Assembly: GCF_000025925.1 (NCBI RefSeq)
Contig: NC_014033.1
Span: 3,150,001-3,182,000 of the forward strand
Reading direction: 5' to 3'
Length of the DNA: 32,000 bases
From: Xylanibacter ruminicola 23
GTDB taxonomy: Bacteria; Bacteroidota; Bacteroidia; Bacteroidales; Bacteroidaceae
Shown here: in pieces, positions 1 through 8,380 of the stretch
Position numbering within the stretch: position 1 is the stretch's first letter
How the letters are laid out: each line of letters begins with the position of its first letter
Notes under the pieces: generated by a model
What the model saw: only the letters and a program-made list of their open reading frames with translations
What the model was told of the DNA's origin: nothing
The model's database searches: none
Position numbers and translations under genes: made by a program

Positions 1-850
1 CCGCCTGTCGCAGAACCCCATGCCCAAGGATGTGCAGCCACTCAGTCAGCTGTGGAAGATGAAGGTGGGTGCCGAAATGCCCCAGTGCCCCAGCAGCGAC
101 GTATCGTTACAGAACCTGCCCACCACACTGTATAATGCCGTGCTGTATCCATTGGCACCTTATGCCATCAATGGCGTGGTATGGTATCAGGGCGAGTCGA
201 ATACTGGCAATCCTGCCCCCTATGCCGACCATCTGAAAAAGCTGATGGGTAGCTGGCGCGATCGCTGGAACGACCTGCAGATGCCGTTCGTGATTGTGCA
301 GTTGGCCAACTACGACGGTCGCCAGCAGACAGGCTTCCCACGTCCCATCACCCCACAGACAGAGCCTGTAAACAGCGGTTGGGCACAGTTGCGCGAGGCT
401 CAGCGTGTAGTGGCTAAGGCCGATGCCAAAGCCGAACTGGCTGTGATTAACGACCTGGGTGAGACGGTTGACATCCATCCCCTTCGTAAAAAAGAGGTGG
501 CCGAGCGTATCGGCTTGTGTTTTGATAAGCTCTTATATAATAATAAGGTGAAGCTGTCGCCCGAGGTGGTATCTACCCAGGTGAGTGATGCAGCTATCCA
601 GCTCACACTCGACCAGCCCATACAGGAAGGCGACCTCTATACATTCGAGGTTTGCAACAATGGTAACAATACATACCAGAATGTGCCTGCTGTCGGCAAG
701 GGTAATGTGATAACCCTTCTCGTACCTCAAGCTTCGCAAGCATCAGCCTTGAAAATCCGCTATGCCTGGAAGGACGATCCCAAGCAGGCCAACGTTCGCT
801 CGCTGAGCGGACTGCCCATGAGTTCATTCGAATTATCAATTAATAACTAA
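1..850 (+). CDS. Carbohydrate esterase, sialate 9-O-acetylesterase-like (SGNH/DUF303-type), N-terminus outside window
   Basis: ORF track 20..850. The frame stays open back to nt 2, so the gene starts upstream of the window. The GVVWYQGESN motif and surrounding region match my memory of this esterase family, which is common in Bacteroidales glycan loci. TAA stop at 848-850. Confidence 0.7.
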   Translation, partial: RLSQNPMPKDVQPLSQLWKMKVGAEMPQCPSSDVSLQNLPTTLYNAVLYPLAPYAINGVVWYQGESNTGNPAPYADHLKKLMGSWRDRWNDLQMPFVIVQLANYDGRQQTGFPRPITPQTEPVNSGWAQLREAQRVVAKADAKAELAVINDLGETVDIHPLRKKEVAERIGLCFDKLLYNNKVKLSPEVVSTQVSDAAIQLTLDQPIQEGDLYTFEVCNNGNNTYQNVPAVGKGNVITLLVPQASQASALKIRYAWKDDPKQANVRSLSGLPMSSFELSINN

Positions 851-858
851 TAAATAAT

Positions 859-2250
859 ATGAGTACATCTAACGAAACCAAAGGCTTCTACAAGCTTTCG
901 TGGCTCCAGCGCATCGGCTATGGATCGGGCGACCTGGCGCAGAATCTTATTTTCCAGACAGTAGCATGTTACCTCATGCTTTATCTGACTACAGTACTGA
1001 AGATTAATCCGGCATTTGTAAGCGGACTGATTCTTTCTGTCCGACTCATCGACTGCTTCTGGAGTCCTGTAGTGGGTCGTTATATCGACAACCGTAACCC
1101 CAAGTTGGGTAAGTATCGTGCCTATCTGCTGTATGGTGGTATCCCCTTGACGGTTGCTGCCTGCCTGCTTATGCTGCCACAGGCCGCTACCTGGTCGCCC
1201 AGCGTGAAGCTGATTTATGCCACCGTTAGCTATACCGTGCTTAGCATGATCTACTCGGTAGTAAATATTCCTTATGGCTCTATCATGGCCAGTATGACTC
1301 GCGATAACGACGAGGTGCTGAAGCTTACATCTACCCGTATGGTATGTGCCAACATCGGTCAGATTGTGGTTCAGGCTGGTTTCCCCATCGGTTTGGCTAT
1401 GGTAGCTCATACCATGATCGACTGGAACCAGGCTCTGTTCATGGCCATTGGTACCATTCCTGCCTTCGTTATCCTGCCCTCGCTGCCTATGCTGAAGAGC
1501 TGGTTGGGTAAGAAGGGCTTGTATTACCTGCTGCTCACCATTGGTTTTGTAGGTTTTGTCATCCTGTTTACCATTGGTAAGTTCTTCGATGTGGCCGAGC
1601 TCAATACATTGGTACAGACAGCTAAGGTGATGACAGGTGTTGGTTTGCTGGTTGGTTCGCTCATGTGGGCCCTTGTGCCTGAGGTAATTACCGAGGCCGA
1701 GTATCGTACAGGCAACCGTCCTGCTGCTACCGTTAACGCCCTGGCTGGTGTAGCCTTCAAGGCAGGTTTCTCAATCGCTGGTTGGATTACCCCACTGGTA
1801 ATGGGTATGATTGGTTTCGACCTGGCCAGCGAGGAGTCGGCTCTGCCTATCGATCCTACAGCTTGGTTTACCGTTACCTGCGTATTTGCTATTGTAGGTT
1901 TTGTACTGTTGCTTTACTGCTTCACAGGTTGTAAGGAGCGCATTGCCACTACACCCGAAAAGCCTGTTACCTATGGCGAGATGTTTGCCGAGTTCAAGGC
2001 CAACAAGTGCCTGCAGCTGGTGCTCAGCATCTTTGTAACGGTGTTCCTGGCTTCGTTCATCAGCGCACCTGTAAACGCTTATTATACCCACCTGGCCGAG
2101 TATTCGGTAACAGCCCAGAATGCTATTCTGGTGTTCACCTGTATCATTCCTGCCGTTCTGTTGATTATCGTTGGAGGTCTTATCTACAAGTATCCTCTTA
2201 CCGATGAACGTCTGGACGAGATTAACAAGGAAATCGAGGCTCGTGGATAA
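859..2250 (+). CDS. MFS transporter, glycoside-pentoside-hexuronide (GPH):cation symporter family
   Basis: 463 aa with about 12 hydrophobic segments. N-terminal YGSGDLAQN and loop motif GRYIDNRNPKLGKYRAY are typical of GPH symporters. It starts 8 nt after the esterase stop, so co-transcription is likely. Confidence 0.8.
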   Translation: MSTSNETKGFYKLSWLQRIGYGSGDLAQNLIFQTVACYLMLYLTTVLKINPAFVSGLILSVRLIDCFWSPVVGRYIDNRNPKLGKYRAYLLYGGIPLTVAACLLMLPQAATWSPSVKLIYATVSYTVLSMIYSVVNIPYGSIMASMTRDNDEVLKLTSTRMVCANIGQIVVQAGFPIGLAMVAHTMIDWNQALFMAIGTIPAFVILPSLPMLKSWLGKKGLYYLLLTIGFVGFVILFTIGKFFDVAELNTLVQTAKVMTGVGLLVGSLMWALVPEVITEAEYRTGNRPAATVNALAGVAFKAGFSIAGWITPLVMGMIGFDLASEESALPIDPTAWFTVTCVFAIVGFVLLLYCFTGCKERIATTPEKPVTYGEMFAEFKANKCLQLVLSIFVTVFLASFISAPVNAYYTHLAEYSVTAQNAILVFTCIIPAVLLIIVGGLIYKYPLTDERLDEINKEIEARG

Positions 2251-2307
2251 AAGAGCGATATTTATAAATTTTTGATTGAATAACTTGCAAGTTTCAAACT
2301 TTTTCCG

Positions 2308-2315
2308 TATCTTTG
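2308..2315 (+). promoter_or_regulatory. Bacteroidetes sigmaA-type -7 box (TATCTTTG)
   Basis: Exact TAnnTTTG consensus 30 nt upstream of the ATG at 2345, in the 82-nt gap after the MFS gene. Confidence 0.5.
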
Positions 2316-2344
2316 CCCACAATAAATGATTATTGGGCAGAAGA

Positions 2345-4408
2345 ATGAGCCACAGAACTATTAAACTACTGGCTTGTTTCTCACTGGTGGTGATGCTGGT
2401 GGTTGCATGCGGCGAACGGAAAGAAACAGGACTTGAAAAGAATACAGCCGACGGATTAGTCCTTGATGCGTATAAGCATAAGGACTATCCGTTGTTGTTG
2501 TCTTTAGCCGATAGCCTTGGTAAGATTGGTGCTATTTCCGAAGTTCAGTCGCACTATTGGAGTGGCTATGCCAGCGACCGCATGGGTAAGAAGCGCACAG
2601 CCGAGTATTACTGGAAGAAGGCCGAGAGCGAAGTAGAAAACTTTAATAATTCCGAGCAGGTAGATTATTACGCCAAGGCGGCCAGTCATCTGGCTAACCT
2701 GCTGAACCTGAAGGGCGACTACGACGGTTCGCTGAAAGAGGCCATCAATGCAGCCGAAAAACTCGAGGTGTTAGGTTGCGATACCACCACCGATTATGTA
2801 AACCTGCTGGTGTTTATCGGTTGCGGACAGGCCCGTTTGCCTGGCATGGAAGAAACTACTAAGAAATCGTTCGAACGCGCTTATAACAAGCATCTTGAGC
2901 GCATCAGCGCATCACCTACCGAATCTACTTACAAAGGTGCCATTGCAGGCATTGTAAATATGGCTTACTCGTGCAATGCCACCCATCAGTATCAGCAGGC
3001 CCTGTATTGGTGCGACCGCTATGAAGAGCTGGTACACAAATACGAGAGGCTATATTCTGCCGACGAGGACTATATCGACAAGCAGCTTGCCCGTTGTAGT
3101 ATCTATCGTGCCACAGCGCTTGTATCGTTAGGGCAATCGCAGGAGTCGTATCTGGCTTATCTCGACTTCAGAAACACCAAGTTCAGTAAGAGTCCTGAGG
3201 GTATCTACGATGCTGGCGAGTACCTGATTGAGGCCAAACAATGGAAAGATGCAGCCGTTTGTTTCCAGCGACTCGATGAGTTGGTAAACAAATATCGCAT
3301 GGAGTTTTCGATCGAGAATCTCGAGACCTATTATCTGAAGAAGTACGAGGCCAACCTCAAGGCAGGTCGCAAGGACTCGGTTTATGCTATCAGTACCTTT
3401 ATCTGCGACTCGCTGAGTGTAGCTATCGATCGTGCAAGAGCCGACAATGCAGCCGAACTGGCCACTATCTACAATACCGAGCAGAACGAAACCCGACTGG
3501 CCGAGAACAAGGCCAAGCTGATGCGCGAGCGTCAGATAGCCGCTGTTGTCACTATTATTCTGATTATCGGCTTCTTTATTGTTTATGCTCTTTACAAACA
3601 GAAGGCTGCCGCCAAGTTGCACAAGGCGCATAACGAACTGAAGGCGGCTTACGACCAGCTCGAGGAAACCACATCGGCCAAGGAGCGTATCGAGAGTGAG
3701 TTGCGTATCGCCCGCCACATTCAGGAGTCGATGGTGCCTAACGAGTTCCCACAGCGCTCCGATTTCGATCTCTATGCCTCGATGACAGCTGCCAAGGAGG
3801 TAGGAGGCGATTTGTACGACTATCTGATTATTGGCGATAACCTGTGCTTCTGCGTAGGCGACGTATCAGGTAAGGGAGTGCCCGCAGCGCTCTTCATGGC
3901 TCAGGTTATCAGGTTGTTCCGTGCTATGGTTAAGCGTAACTACACGCCAGCCAAGTTGGCTACCGAGCTGAATGCCGAACTGAGCGAGCATAACGACGAC
4001 GGCATGTTTATTACCATGTTTATCGGTATGGTGAACCTGCGTACCGGCAAGCTCGATTTCTGTAATGCAGGTCATAATCCCCCCATACTGGGCAATGGCA
4101 ACGAGAGCAGATTCCTGAAGATGGAACCCAATGCGCCTATCGGCCTTTGGGAAGGACTGAAATACGAGGGCGAGGTGATAGATGATATCCGTGGCCACCT
4201 GTTCTTTGTATATACCGATGGTTTGAACGAGGCCGAGAACACGAAACTTGAGCAGTTTGGCGACGAACAGGTGCTTAACGTAGTTAAAAGTGCCAGCCAG
4301 CTGAATCCACGAGATATGGTAGATACCATGAAGAACGAGGTGAATCGTCATCGCAACGGCGCCGATCCTAACGACGATCTCACCATGCTCTGCCTACATG
4401 TAGTATAG
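2345..4408 (+). CDS. Membrane sensor serine phosphatase, SpoIIE/PP2C family (RsbU/RsbP-like), with periplasmic TPR-like helical-repeat domain
   Basis: The ORF track starts at TTG 2333. ATG 2345 is preferred because it gives MSHRTIKLLACFSLVVMLVVAC, a signal peptide with a lipobox-like VVAC. About 370 aa of helical-repeat sequence follow, then one TM segment (IAAVVTIILIIGFFIVYALY), a coiled coil, and a PP2C domain with the motifs GGDLYDY, CVGDVSGKGVPAALFMA, YTDGLNEA and DPNDDLTMLCL. Confidence 0.85.
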   Translation: MSHRTIKLLACFSLVVMLVVACGERKETGLEKNTADGLVLDAYKHKDYPLLLSLADSLGKIGAISEVQSHYWSGYASDRMGKKRTAEYYWKKAESEVENFNNSEQVDYYAKAASHLANLLNLKGDYDGSLKEAINAAEKLEVLGCDTTTDYVNLLVFIGCGQARLPGMEETTKKSFERAYNKHLERISASPTESTYKGAIAGIVNMAYSCNATHQYQQALYWCDRYEELVHKYERLYSADEDYIDKQLARCSIYRATALVSLGQSQESYLAYLDFRNTKFSKSPEGIYDAGEYLIEAKQWKDAAVCFQRLDELVNKYRMEFSIENLETYYLKKYEANLKAGRKDSVYAISTFICDSLSVAIDRARADNAAELATIYNTEQNETRLAENKAKLMRERQIAAVVTIILIIGFFIVYALYKQKAAAKLHKAHNELKAAYDQLEETTSAKERIESELRIARHIQESMVPNEFPQRSDFDLYASMTAAKEVGGDLYDYLIIGDNLCFCVGDVSGKGVPAALFMAQVIRLFRAMVKRNYTPAKLATELNAELSEHNDDGMFITMFIGMVNLRTGKLDFCNAGHNPPILGNGNESRFLKMEPNAPIGLWEGLKYEGEVIDDIRGHLFFVYTDGLNEAENTKLEQFGDEQVLNVVKSASQLNPRDMVDTMKNEVNRHRNGADPNDDLTMLCLHVV

Positions 4409-4433
4409 ACTTTTTAAAAAGAGAATATTTGAT

Positions 4434-4979
4434 ATGATTAAGTGTAAACATCTTTGTATGATGCTGTTACTGGCATTATGCACTCTTACTGCTCAGGCTC
4501 AGGAGGCCGAGCTTATTCGTAATGGCGATTTTGAATTAACCCCCAGGGTTGAAAAAGGTGCTAATGCCACCACCGCTTGGGATAGCCGCAAGCCCTTAGT
4601 AGTGGTTCATGTTGATCCTGTTAGTACCGATAATCCTTGCTATGCCGTCATCTGCTGCGACACCATCTATAACCAGGGTTTTGATGGTATCCCTGTAGTC
4701 GAGGGTACCAAGTACGATTTCTCAGTATGCCTGCGCAATCTGCCTGCCTTGAAGGAAGAGGACCGTGTGGAAGGCTGCAAACTGCTGATTATCCAGCTGG
4801 TTGATGAGCAGCGCCAGCCCCTGGCCGAGGCTACCATCCGTGCCAAAGGCAACCAGTGGCAGCAGTACCACGCTGTGTTTACGGCTCATGGTAGCTGTGC
4901 CAAGGCCCAGTTGGCTATTGTGGGCGTTGGTTGCCAAAAGATAGCTATCGATAAGGTAAGTATGAAAAAACACCAGTAG
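4434..4979 (+). CDS. Secreted stand-alone CBM-like beta-sandwich protein, paralog of the N-terminal domain of the GH51 arabinofuranosidase at 9036..11051
   Basis: Signal peptide MIKCKHLCMMLLLALCTLTAQAQ. Three blocks align by eye with the GH51 N-terminus: AELIRNGDFELTP vs AELIQNGAFEFSP, NQGFDGIPVVEGTKYDFSVCLRN vs NDGFDGISVKAGEKYDFSAFMRN, and CAKAQLAIVGVGCQKIAIDKVSM vs CKQAALQILVLTKGDMDIDVVSLM. It starts 25 nt after the phosphatase stop. Confidence 0.75.
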   Translation: MIKCKHLCMMLLLALCTLTAQAQEAELIRNGDFELTPRVEKGANATTAWDSRKPLVVVHVDPVSTDNPCYAVICCDTIYNQGFDGIPVVEGTKYDFSVCLRNLPALKEEDRVEGCKLLIIQLVDEQRQPLAEATIRAKGNQWQQYHAVFTAHGSCAKAQLAIVGVGCQKIAIDKVSMKKHQ

Positions 4980-4982
4980 AGT

Positions 4983-6668
4983 ATGTTACATATCCGTTGC
5001 AAGAATAACAACATCACCAAGAGTTTCCCTGAAGGCACATCGTTGGCCGACGTTTATCAGGCGTTTGCCAGCGAACTTAATTTTAAGTATCCAGTAGTAT
5101 CGGCCAAGGTCAACAACGCCTCGCAAGGCCTGAAGTTCCGTTTGTATCAGAATCGCGACGTAGAGTTCCTTGATGCCCGCAGTGGTTCTGGTCGTCGTGT
5201 TTATACCCGTTCGCTGTGCTTTGTGCTCTACAAGGCCACCAGCGATGTGTTCCCAGGTAGCAAGCTCTACATGGAGCACCCCATCTCAAACGGCTACTAC
5301 TGCAACTTTAAAAAGAAAAACAACGAGCCCCTGACGGATGAGGATGTGCAGAAAATCTGCCAGCGCATGAAAGAGATTGTAGATCTCGACCTGCCTTTCC
5401 GTCGCACCGAGGCCACTACCGACGAGGCTGTACGTGTGTTCAGCGAGCGTGGTTTTGCCGATAAAGTAAAGTTGATTGAAACCAGCGGTCAGATATATAC
5501 CGATTATTATATGCTGGGCGATACCGTAGATTATTACTATGGTCCGTTGGTGCCCTCGGCAGGCTTCCTTAAGGTGTGGGGCCTGGAGCGCTATCACGAC
5601 GGTTTGTTGCTGCGTGTGCCCGATAAGAACGATCCTACCAAATTGGCCGAGAAGGTTGACATGCCTCGCACGTTCGAGGTGTTTGCCGAAAAGGTACGTT
5701 GGGATATCATCATGCGCCTGTCGAATGCCGGCGATGTCAACAAGGCCATCCTGCGTGGCTATGGCTCCGAGCTGATTCAGGTGAGCGAGGCCCTGCAGGA
5801 AAAGAAAATTGTAAAAATCGCCGAGGAGATCGACCAGCGTTTCCGCGACCCAGAGAATCCCATCCGTATAGTCCTCATTACAGGACCGTCGAGCTCAGGT
5901 AAATCCACCTTCTGTAAGCGTCTTTCTGTGCAGCTGCTGGCTTGCGGTTTGCGTCCCTATTCTTTCTCAACCGACGATTACTTTGTGAACCGTGTCGATA
6001 CCCCCAAGCTGCCTAACGGTCAGTACGACTTTGATAATATCGAGACCGTGGATTACAAGTTGCTGGGCGAGCACCTGGAGCGCCTGATGAAGGGCGAGGT
6101 AGTAGAAGTGCCCCAGTATAACTTTGTAACTGGTAAGCGCGAGTGGAATGGCAAGAAGTTTAAGTTGAGCAACGATAGCGTGCTGATTATCGAGGGTATC
6201 CACGCCCTGAATCCCCTGCTCACTAAGCAGATTCCCGATTCGGCCAAGTACAAGATTTACATCTCGGCCCTTACCAGTATCTCGCTCGACGATCATAACT
6301 GGATTCCCACACAGGACAACCGTTTGCTGCGTCGCATTATCCGCGACTACAACAAAGGAGCCTTCTCAGCTCGTGAGACTATCAGTCAGTGGCACAGCGT
6401 GTGCGAGGCCGAGGATCAGTGGATTGTACCTTTCCAGGAAACAGCCGATGTGATGTTCAACTCGGCCCTCAACATCGAGTTTGCCGTGTTGCGCACCCAT
6501 GCCGAGGTGATCCTCGCGTCAGTTCCCAAAAACTGCCCGGAGTATGCCGAAGCCCATCGCCTGTTAAAGTTCCTGCATTACTTTATCCCCATCAGCGATA
6601 AGGAGATTCCCCCCACTAGCATCATGCGTGAGTTCGTTGGTGGCAGCAGCTTCAAATACCGCGGATAA
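4983..6668 (+). CDS. Uridine/nucleoside kinase family protein fused to a ThrRS-N-terminal-like (TGS plus adjacent) domain
   Basis: 561 aa. The N-terminus resembles the ThrRS N-region (YTRSLCFVLYKATSDVFPGSKLYMEHPISNGYYCNF). The C-terminal half has the P-loop ITGPSSSGKSTF and IIEGIHALNP, typical of Udk/PRK-type kinases. It starts 3 nt after the preceding stop. Confidence 0.75.
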   Translation: MLHIRCKNNNITKSFPEGTSLADVYQAFASELNFKYPVVSAKVNNASQGLKFRLYQNRDVEFLDARSGSGRRVYTRSLCFVLYKATSDVFPGSKLYMEHPISNGYYCNFKKKNNEPLTDEDVQKICQRMKEIVDLDLPFRRTEATTDEAVRVFSERGFADKVKLIETSGQIYTDYYMLGDTVDYYYGPLVPSAGFLKVWGLERYHDGLLLRVPDKNDPTKLAEKVDMPRTFEVFAEKVRWDIIMRLSNAGDVNKAILRGYGSELIQVSEALQEKKIVKIAEEIDQRFRDPENPIRIVLITGPSSSGKSTFCKRLSVQLLACGLRPYSFSTDDYFVNRVDTPKLPNGQYDFDNIETVDYKLLGEHLERLMKGEVVEVPQYNFVTGKREWNGKKFKLSNDSVLIIEGIHALNPLLTKQIPDSAKYKIYISALTSISLDDHNWIPTQDNRLLRRIIRDYNKGAFSARETISQWHSVCEAEDQWIVPFQETADVMFNSALNIEFAVLRTHAEVILASVPKNCPEYAEAHRLLKFLHYFIPISDKEIPPTSIMREFVGGSSFKYRG

Positions 6669-6685
6669 AAAACAAACAACAAAAC

Positions 6686-6721
6686 AAAGGCTTGCTCAAT
6701 AATCCAGAGCAAGCCTTTTTT
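6686..6721 (+). terminator. Rho-independent terminator after the kinase-fusion gene
   Basis: 12-bp perfect stem aaaggcttgctc / gagcaagccttt with a 9-nt loop, followed by a T-run (6716-6721). Confidence 0.75.
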
Positions 6722-6725
6722 GATA

Positions 6726-6806
6726 TTCCCATTAGTGGAACGCGATGTTCCCACGGTGGGAATGAATCGTTCCCAGGTTGGGGACAAAACATTCCCAAGT
6801 TGGGAA
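6726..6806. repeat. Four tandem 22-bp units, each a 15-bp palindrome TTCCCA-N3-TGGGAA (iteron/operator-like array)
   Basis: TTCCCA starts at 6726, 6748, 6770 and 6792, an exact 22-nt period. The units are ttcccattagtggaa, ttcccacggtgggaa (perfect), ttcccaggttgggga and ttcccaagttgggaa (perfect). Confidence 0.9.
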
Positions 6807-6871
6807 AATATTATGCGCTTTTGATGGCGATGTGTACAACCTTAGTTTGCACTTTTTGCAACGTTTTTACT

Positions 6872-6990
6872 AAAAATCCCTCCATCTCTCAACAAATCTC
6901 TCAAAACCCGTATAAACACTGGTGTTTTGAGAGATGAGAGATTCTCATAATCCCTCCCTGATCTCTCCCTCATCCCTCCCTCCATCTCTC
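6872..6990. repeat. Left arm of ~118-bp imperfect inverted repeat (partner 8381..8498)
   Basis: Hand alignment with the reverse complement of 8381-8498 gives about 100 identical of 119 positions, including a 41/42 block catctctcaacaaatctctcaaaacccgYataaacactggtg. The arm is built from ATCTCTC/GAGAGAT heptamers (at least 6 copies). It contains an internal hairpin atctctcaaaa...ttttgagagat. Confidence 0.9.
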
Positions 6991-7068
6991 AATACCATCC
7001 AAAATTTAATATTTCAAGAAAAATAGAAAAAAAACGACCGAAACACTTGCAAACCGCGATTTTTTTTG

Positions 7069-7076
7069 TACCTTTG
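7069..7076 (+). promoter_or_regulatory. Bacteroidetes -7 box (TACCTTTG) for the VapE-like gene
   Basis: Exact TAnnTTTG preceded by a T-run, 93 nt upstream of ATG 7169. It lies inside the segment bracketed by the inverted repeats. Confidence 0.45.
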
Positions 7077-7168
7077 CACCATGAAACGCACGCTGTGGAA
7101 AGCGCGCCAAAAACCTGACCCAAGGAGAAGGACTTAAGGAAGAGTAAAAACTTTTAAAATCTTTTTTT

Positions 7169-8371
7169 ATGACTGAAAACTGTGTTACTATCAGTGAGGC
7201 AAATAACGCTTCACAGGAGGCAACGCTCGCCATCGAGCTGTTCCTCAACGAGAATTACGTGTTCCGCCGAAACACCCTCAACGGCAAGGTGGAATATGCT
7301 GTGCTGCCTAAAGCAGATGTGTTCCGACCTCTAACCAAGGAGGCCCTGAACAGTATCGTGATTCGTGCCAAGCGCGAACAGATACTGGAAAAGGGAAGTC
7401 CTAAGACAGAGATAACGGAATATGTGGAATCTGAGGAGGTGTCTGAGTATAATCCTGCGCAGGCATTCCTGACTACGCTACCCAACTGGGATGGACAGAA
7501 CCATATCGCCAGGATTTTTGGTCGCATACCTGGCATCAGTTCTGAGCAGCTTAACTATCTCACCATCTGGCTCCGCTCTGCCGTGGCCCATTGGTTGCAG
7601 ATGGATATGCTGCATGGCAACGAGTGTGTGCCTACGTTTATCGGCAGTCAGGGTTGTGGTAAGACCACCTTTGTGCGTCGACTGCTGCCCCTTGAACTAC
7701 GTGAGTATTATCTCGACCATCTGAACCTGAGCAATAAGTTCGATAAGGAGATGGCGCTTACCAACAATCTCATTGTGAATCTGGACGAGCTCGAGGCCAT
7801 CGGCGTTAAACAGCAGTCGAAGCTTAAGCAGACGCTGTCGGTAAGTAAAGTGAATGGTCGTCCCATCTTTGGTCGTACCCAGCAGGATCGCCCTCGATTC
7901 GCATCGTTTGTGGCAACCACCAACAATCCTCACCCTCTGACCGACCCTACAGGCAGTCGCCGATACATCTGTATCCAGATTCCTGACGGGCACCTGATTA
8001 ATAATGAGGGCGACATCGACTATCTGCAGCTATATGCTCAGGTGGTTTATGAGCTACAGGAGCTAAAGGCTCCCTACTGGTTCAGTAACGATGAGGTGGC
8101 CCGCATACAGCAGTTGAATCAGGACTTTATGGAACAGAAGGACCTGGGCGAGATGTTTGTTGCATGTTTCCGCCATCCTGAAGAAGGTGAGGTACCTAAG
8201 GCGATGAATTGTGACCAGATGATAGTTGTGATGCAGAAGAGCTATCCTTCGCTCACCAATACCATCGGCAACAAGGTACGACTGGGTAAAACCATCAAGG
8301 CGCTGGGTTTTAAGCACAGGGAGCGTGCTCACATCTCGTACTACGATGTGATGCCTATCAAGGTGGCATAG
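7169..8371 (+). CDS. VapE/VirE-family P-loop NTPase (primase-helicase-associated family), no primase domain
   Basis: 400 aa. The motif order matches the virulence-associated protein E family seen in phage, satellite and conjugative-element replication modules: LPNWDGQNHI, Walker A GSQGCGKTTF, Walker B-like IVNLDELEAI, then RPRFASFVATTNNPHPLTDPTGSRRYICIQI. Confidence 0.8.
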   Translation: MTENCVTISEANNASQEATLAIELFLNENYVFRRNTLNGKVEYAVLPKADVFRPLTKEALNSIVIRAKREQILEKGSPKTEITEYVESEEVSEYNPAQAFLTTLPNWDGQNHIARIFGRIPGISSEQLNYLTIWLRSAVAHWLQMDMLHGNECVPTFIGSQGCGKTTFVRRLLPLELREYYLDHLNLSNKFDKEMALTNNLIVNLDELEAIGVKQQSKLKQTLSVSKVNGRPIFGRTQQDRPRFASFVATTNNPHPLTDPTGSRRYICIQIPDGHLINNEGDIDYLQLYAQVVYELQELKAPYWFSNDEVARIQQLNQDFMEQKDLGEMFVACFRHPEEGEVPKAMNCDQMIVVMQKSYPSLTNTIGNKVRLGKTIKALGFKHRERAHISYYDVMPIKVA

Positions 8372-8380
8372 AGATGTAGG

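Noticed and set aside
2333-2344. TTG start codons proposed by the ORF track at 2333 and at 26276 (ribF).
   Set aside because: In both cases an ATG 12 nt downstream gives a more typical N-terminus: a signal peptide for the phosphatase and MEIFYD for RibF. For ribF the TTG lies inside the -7 promoter box itself.
6726-6806. Considered whether the 22-bp periodic repeats are a mini CRISPR array.
   Set aside because: The period is only 22 nt with 7-nt spacers. The repeats are dyad-symmetric binding-site-like units, only four copies exist, and no cas genes are present.
6692-6937. 81-aa ORF spanning the terminator, the 22-bp repeat array and part of the left inverted repeat.
   Set aside because: It starts inside the terminator loop and is translated straight through structured repeats. 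It has no promoter box. Its sequence is dictated by the repeats (FPGWGQNIPKLG and similar). The DNA-level features explain it better.
7081-7137. 18-codon micro-ORF (MKRTLWKARQKPDPRRRT) beginning 5 nt after the -7 box, at the expected transcription start of the VapE-like gene leader.
   Set aside because: It is intriguing as a possible leaderless leader peptide. However, it is very short, I cannot assess conservation, and such ORFs arise by chance in 88-nt leaders. I do not claim it as a gene.
7006-7248. 80-aa minus-strand ORF overlapping the VapE-like promoter and start.
   Set aside because: It lies in AT-rich promoter and leader DNA and overlaps the 5' end of a well-supported gene. It has no motif and no promoter, and it would run into the inverted repeat.
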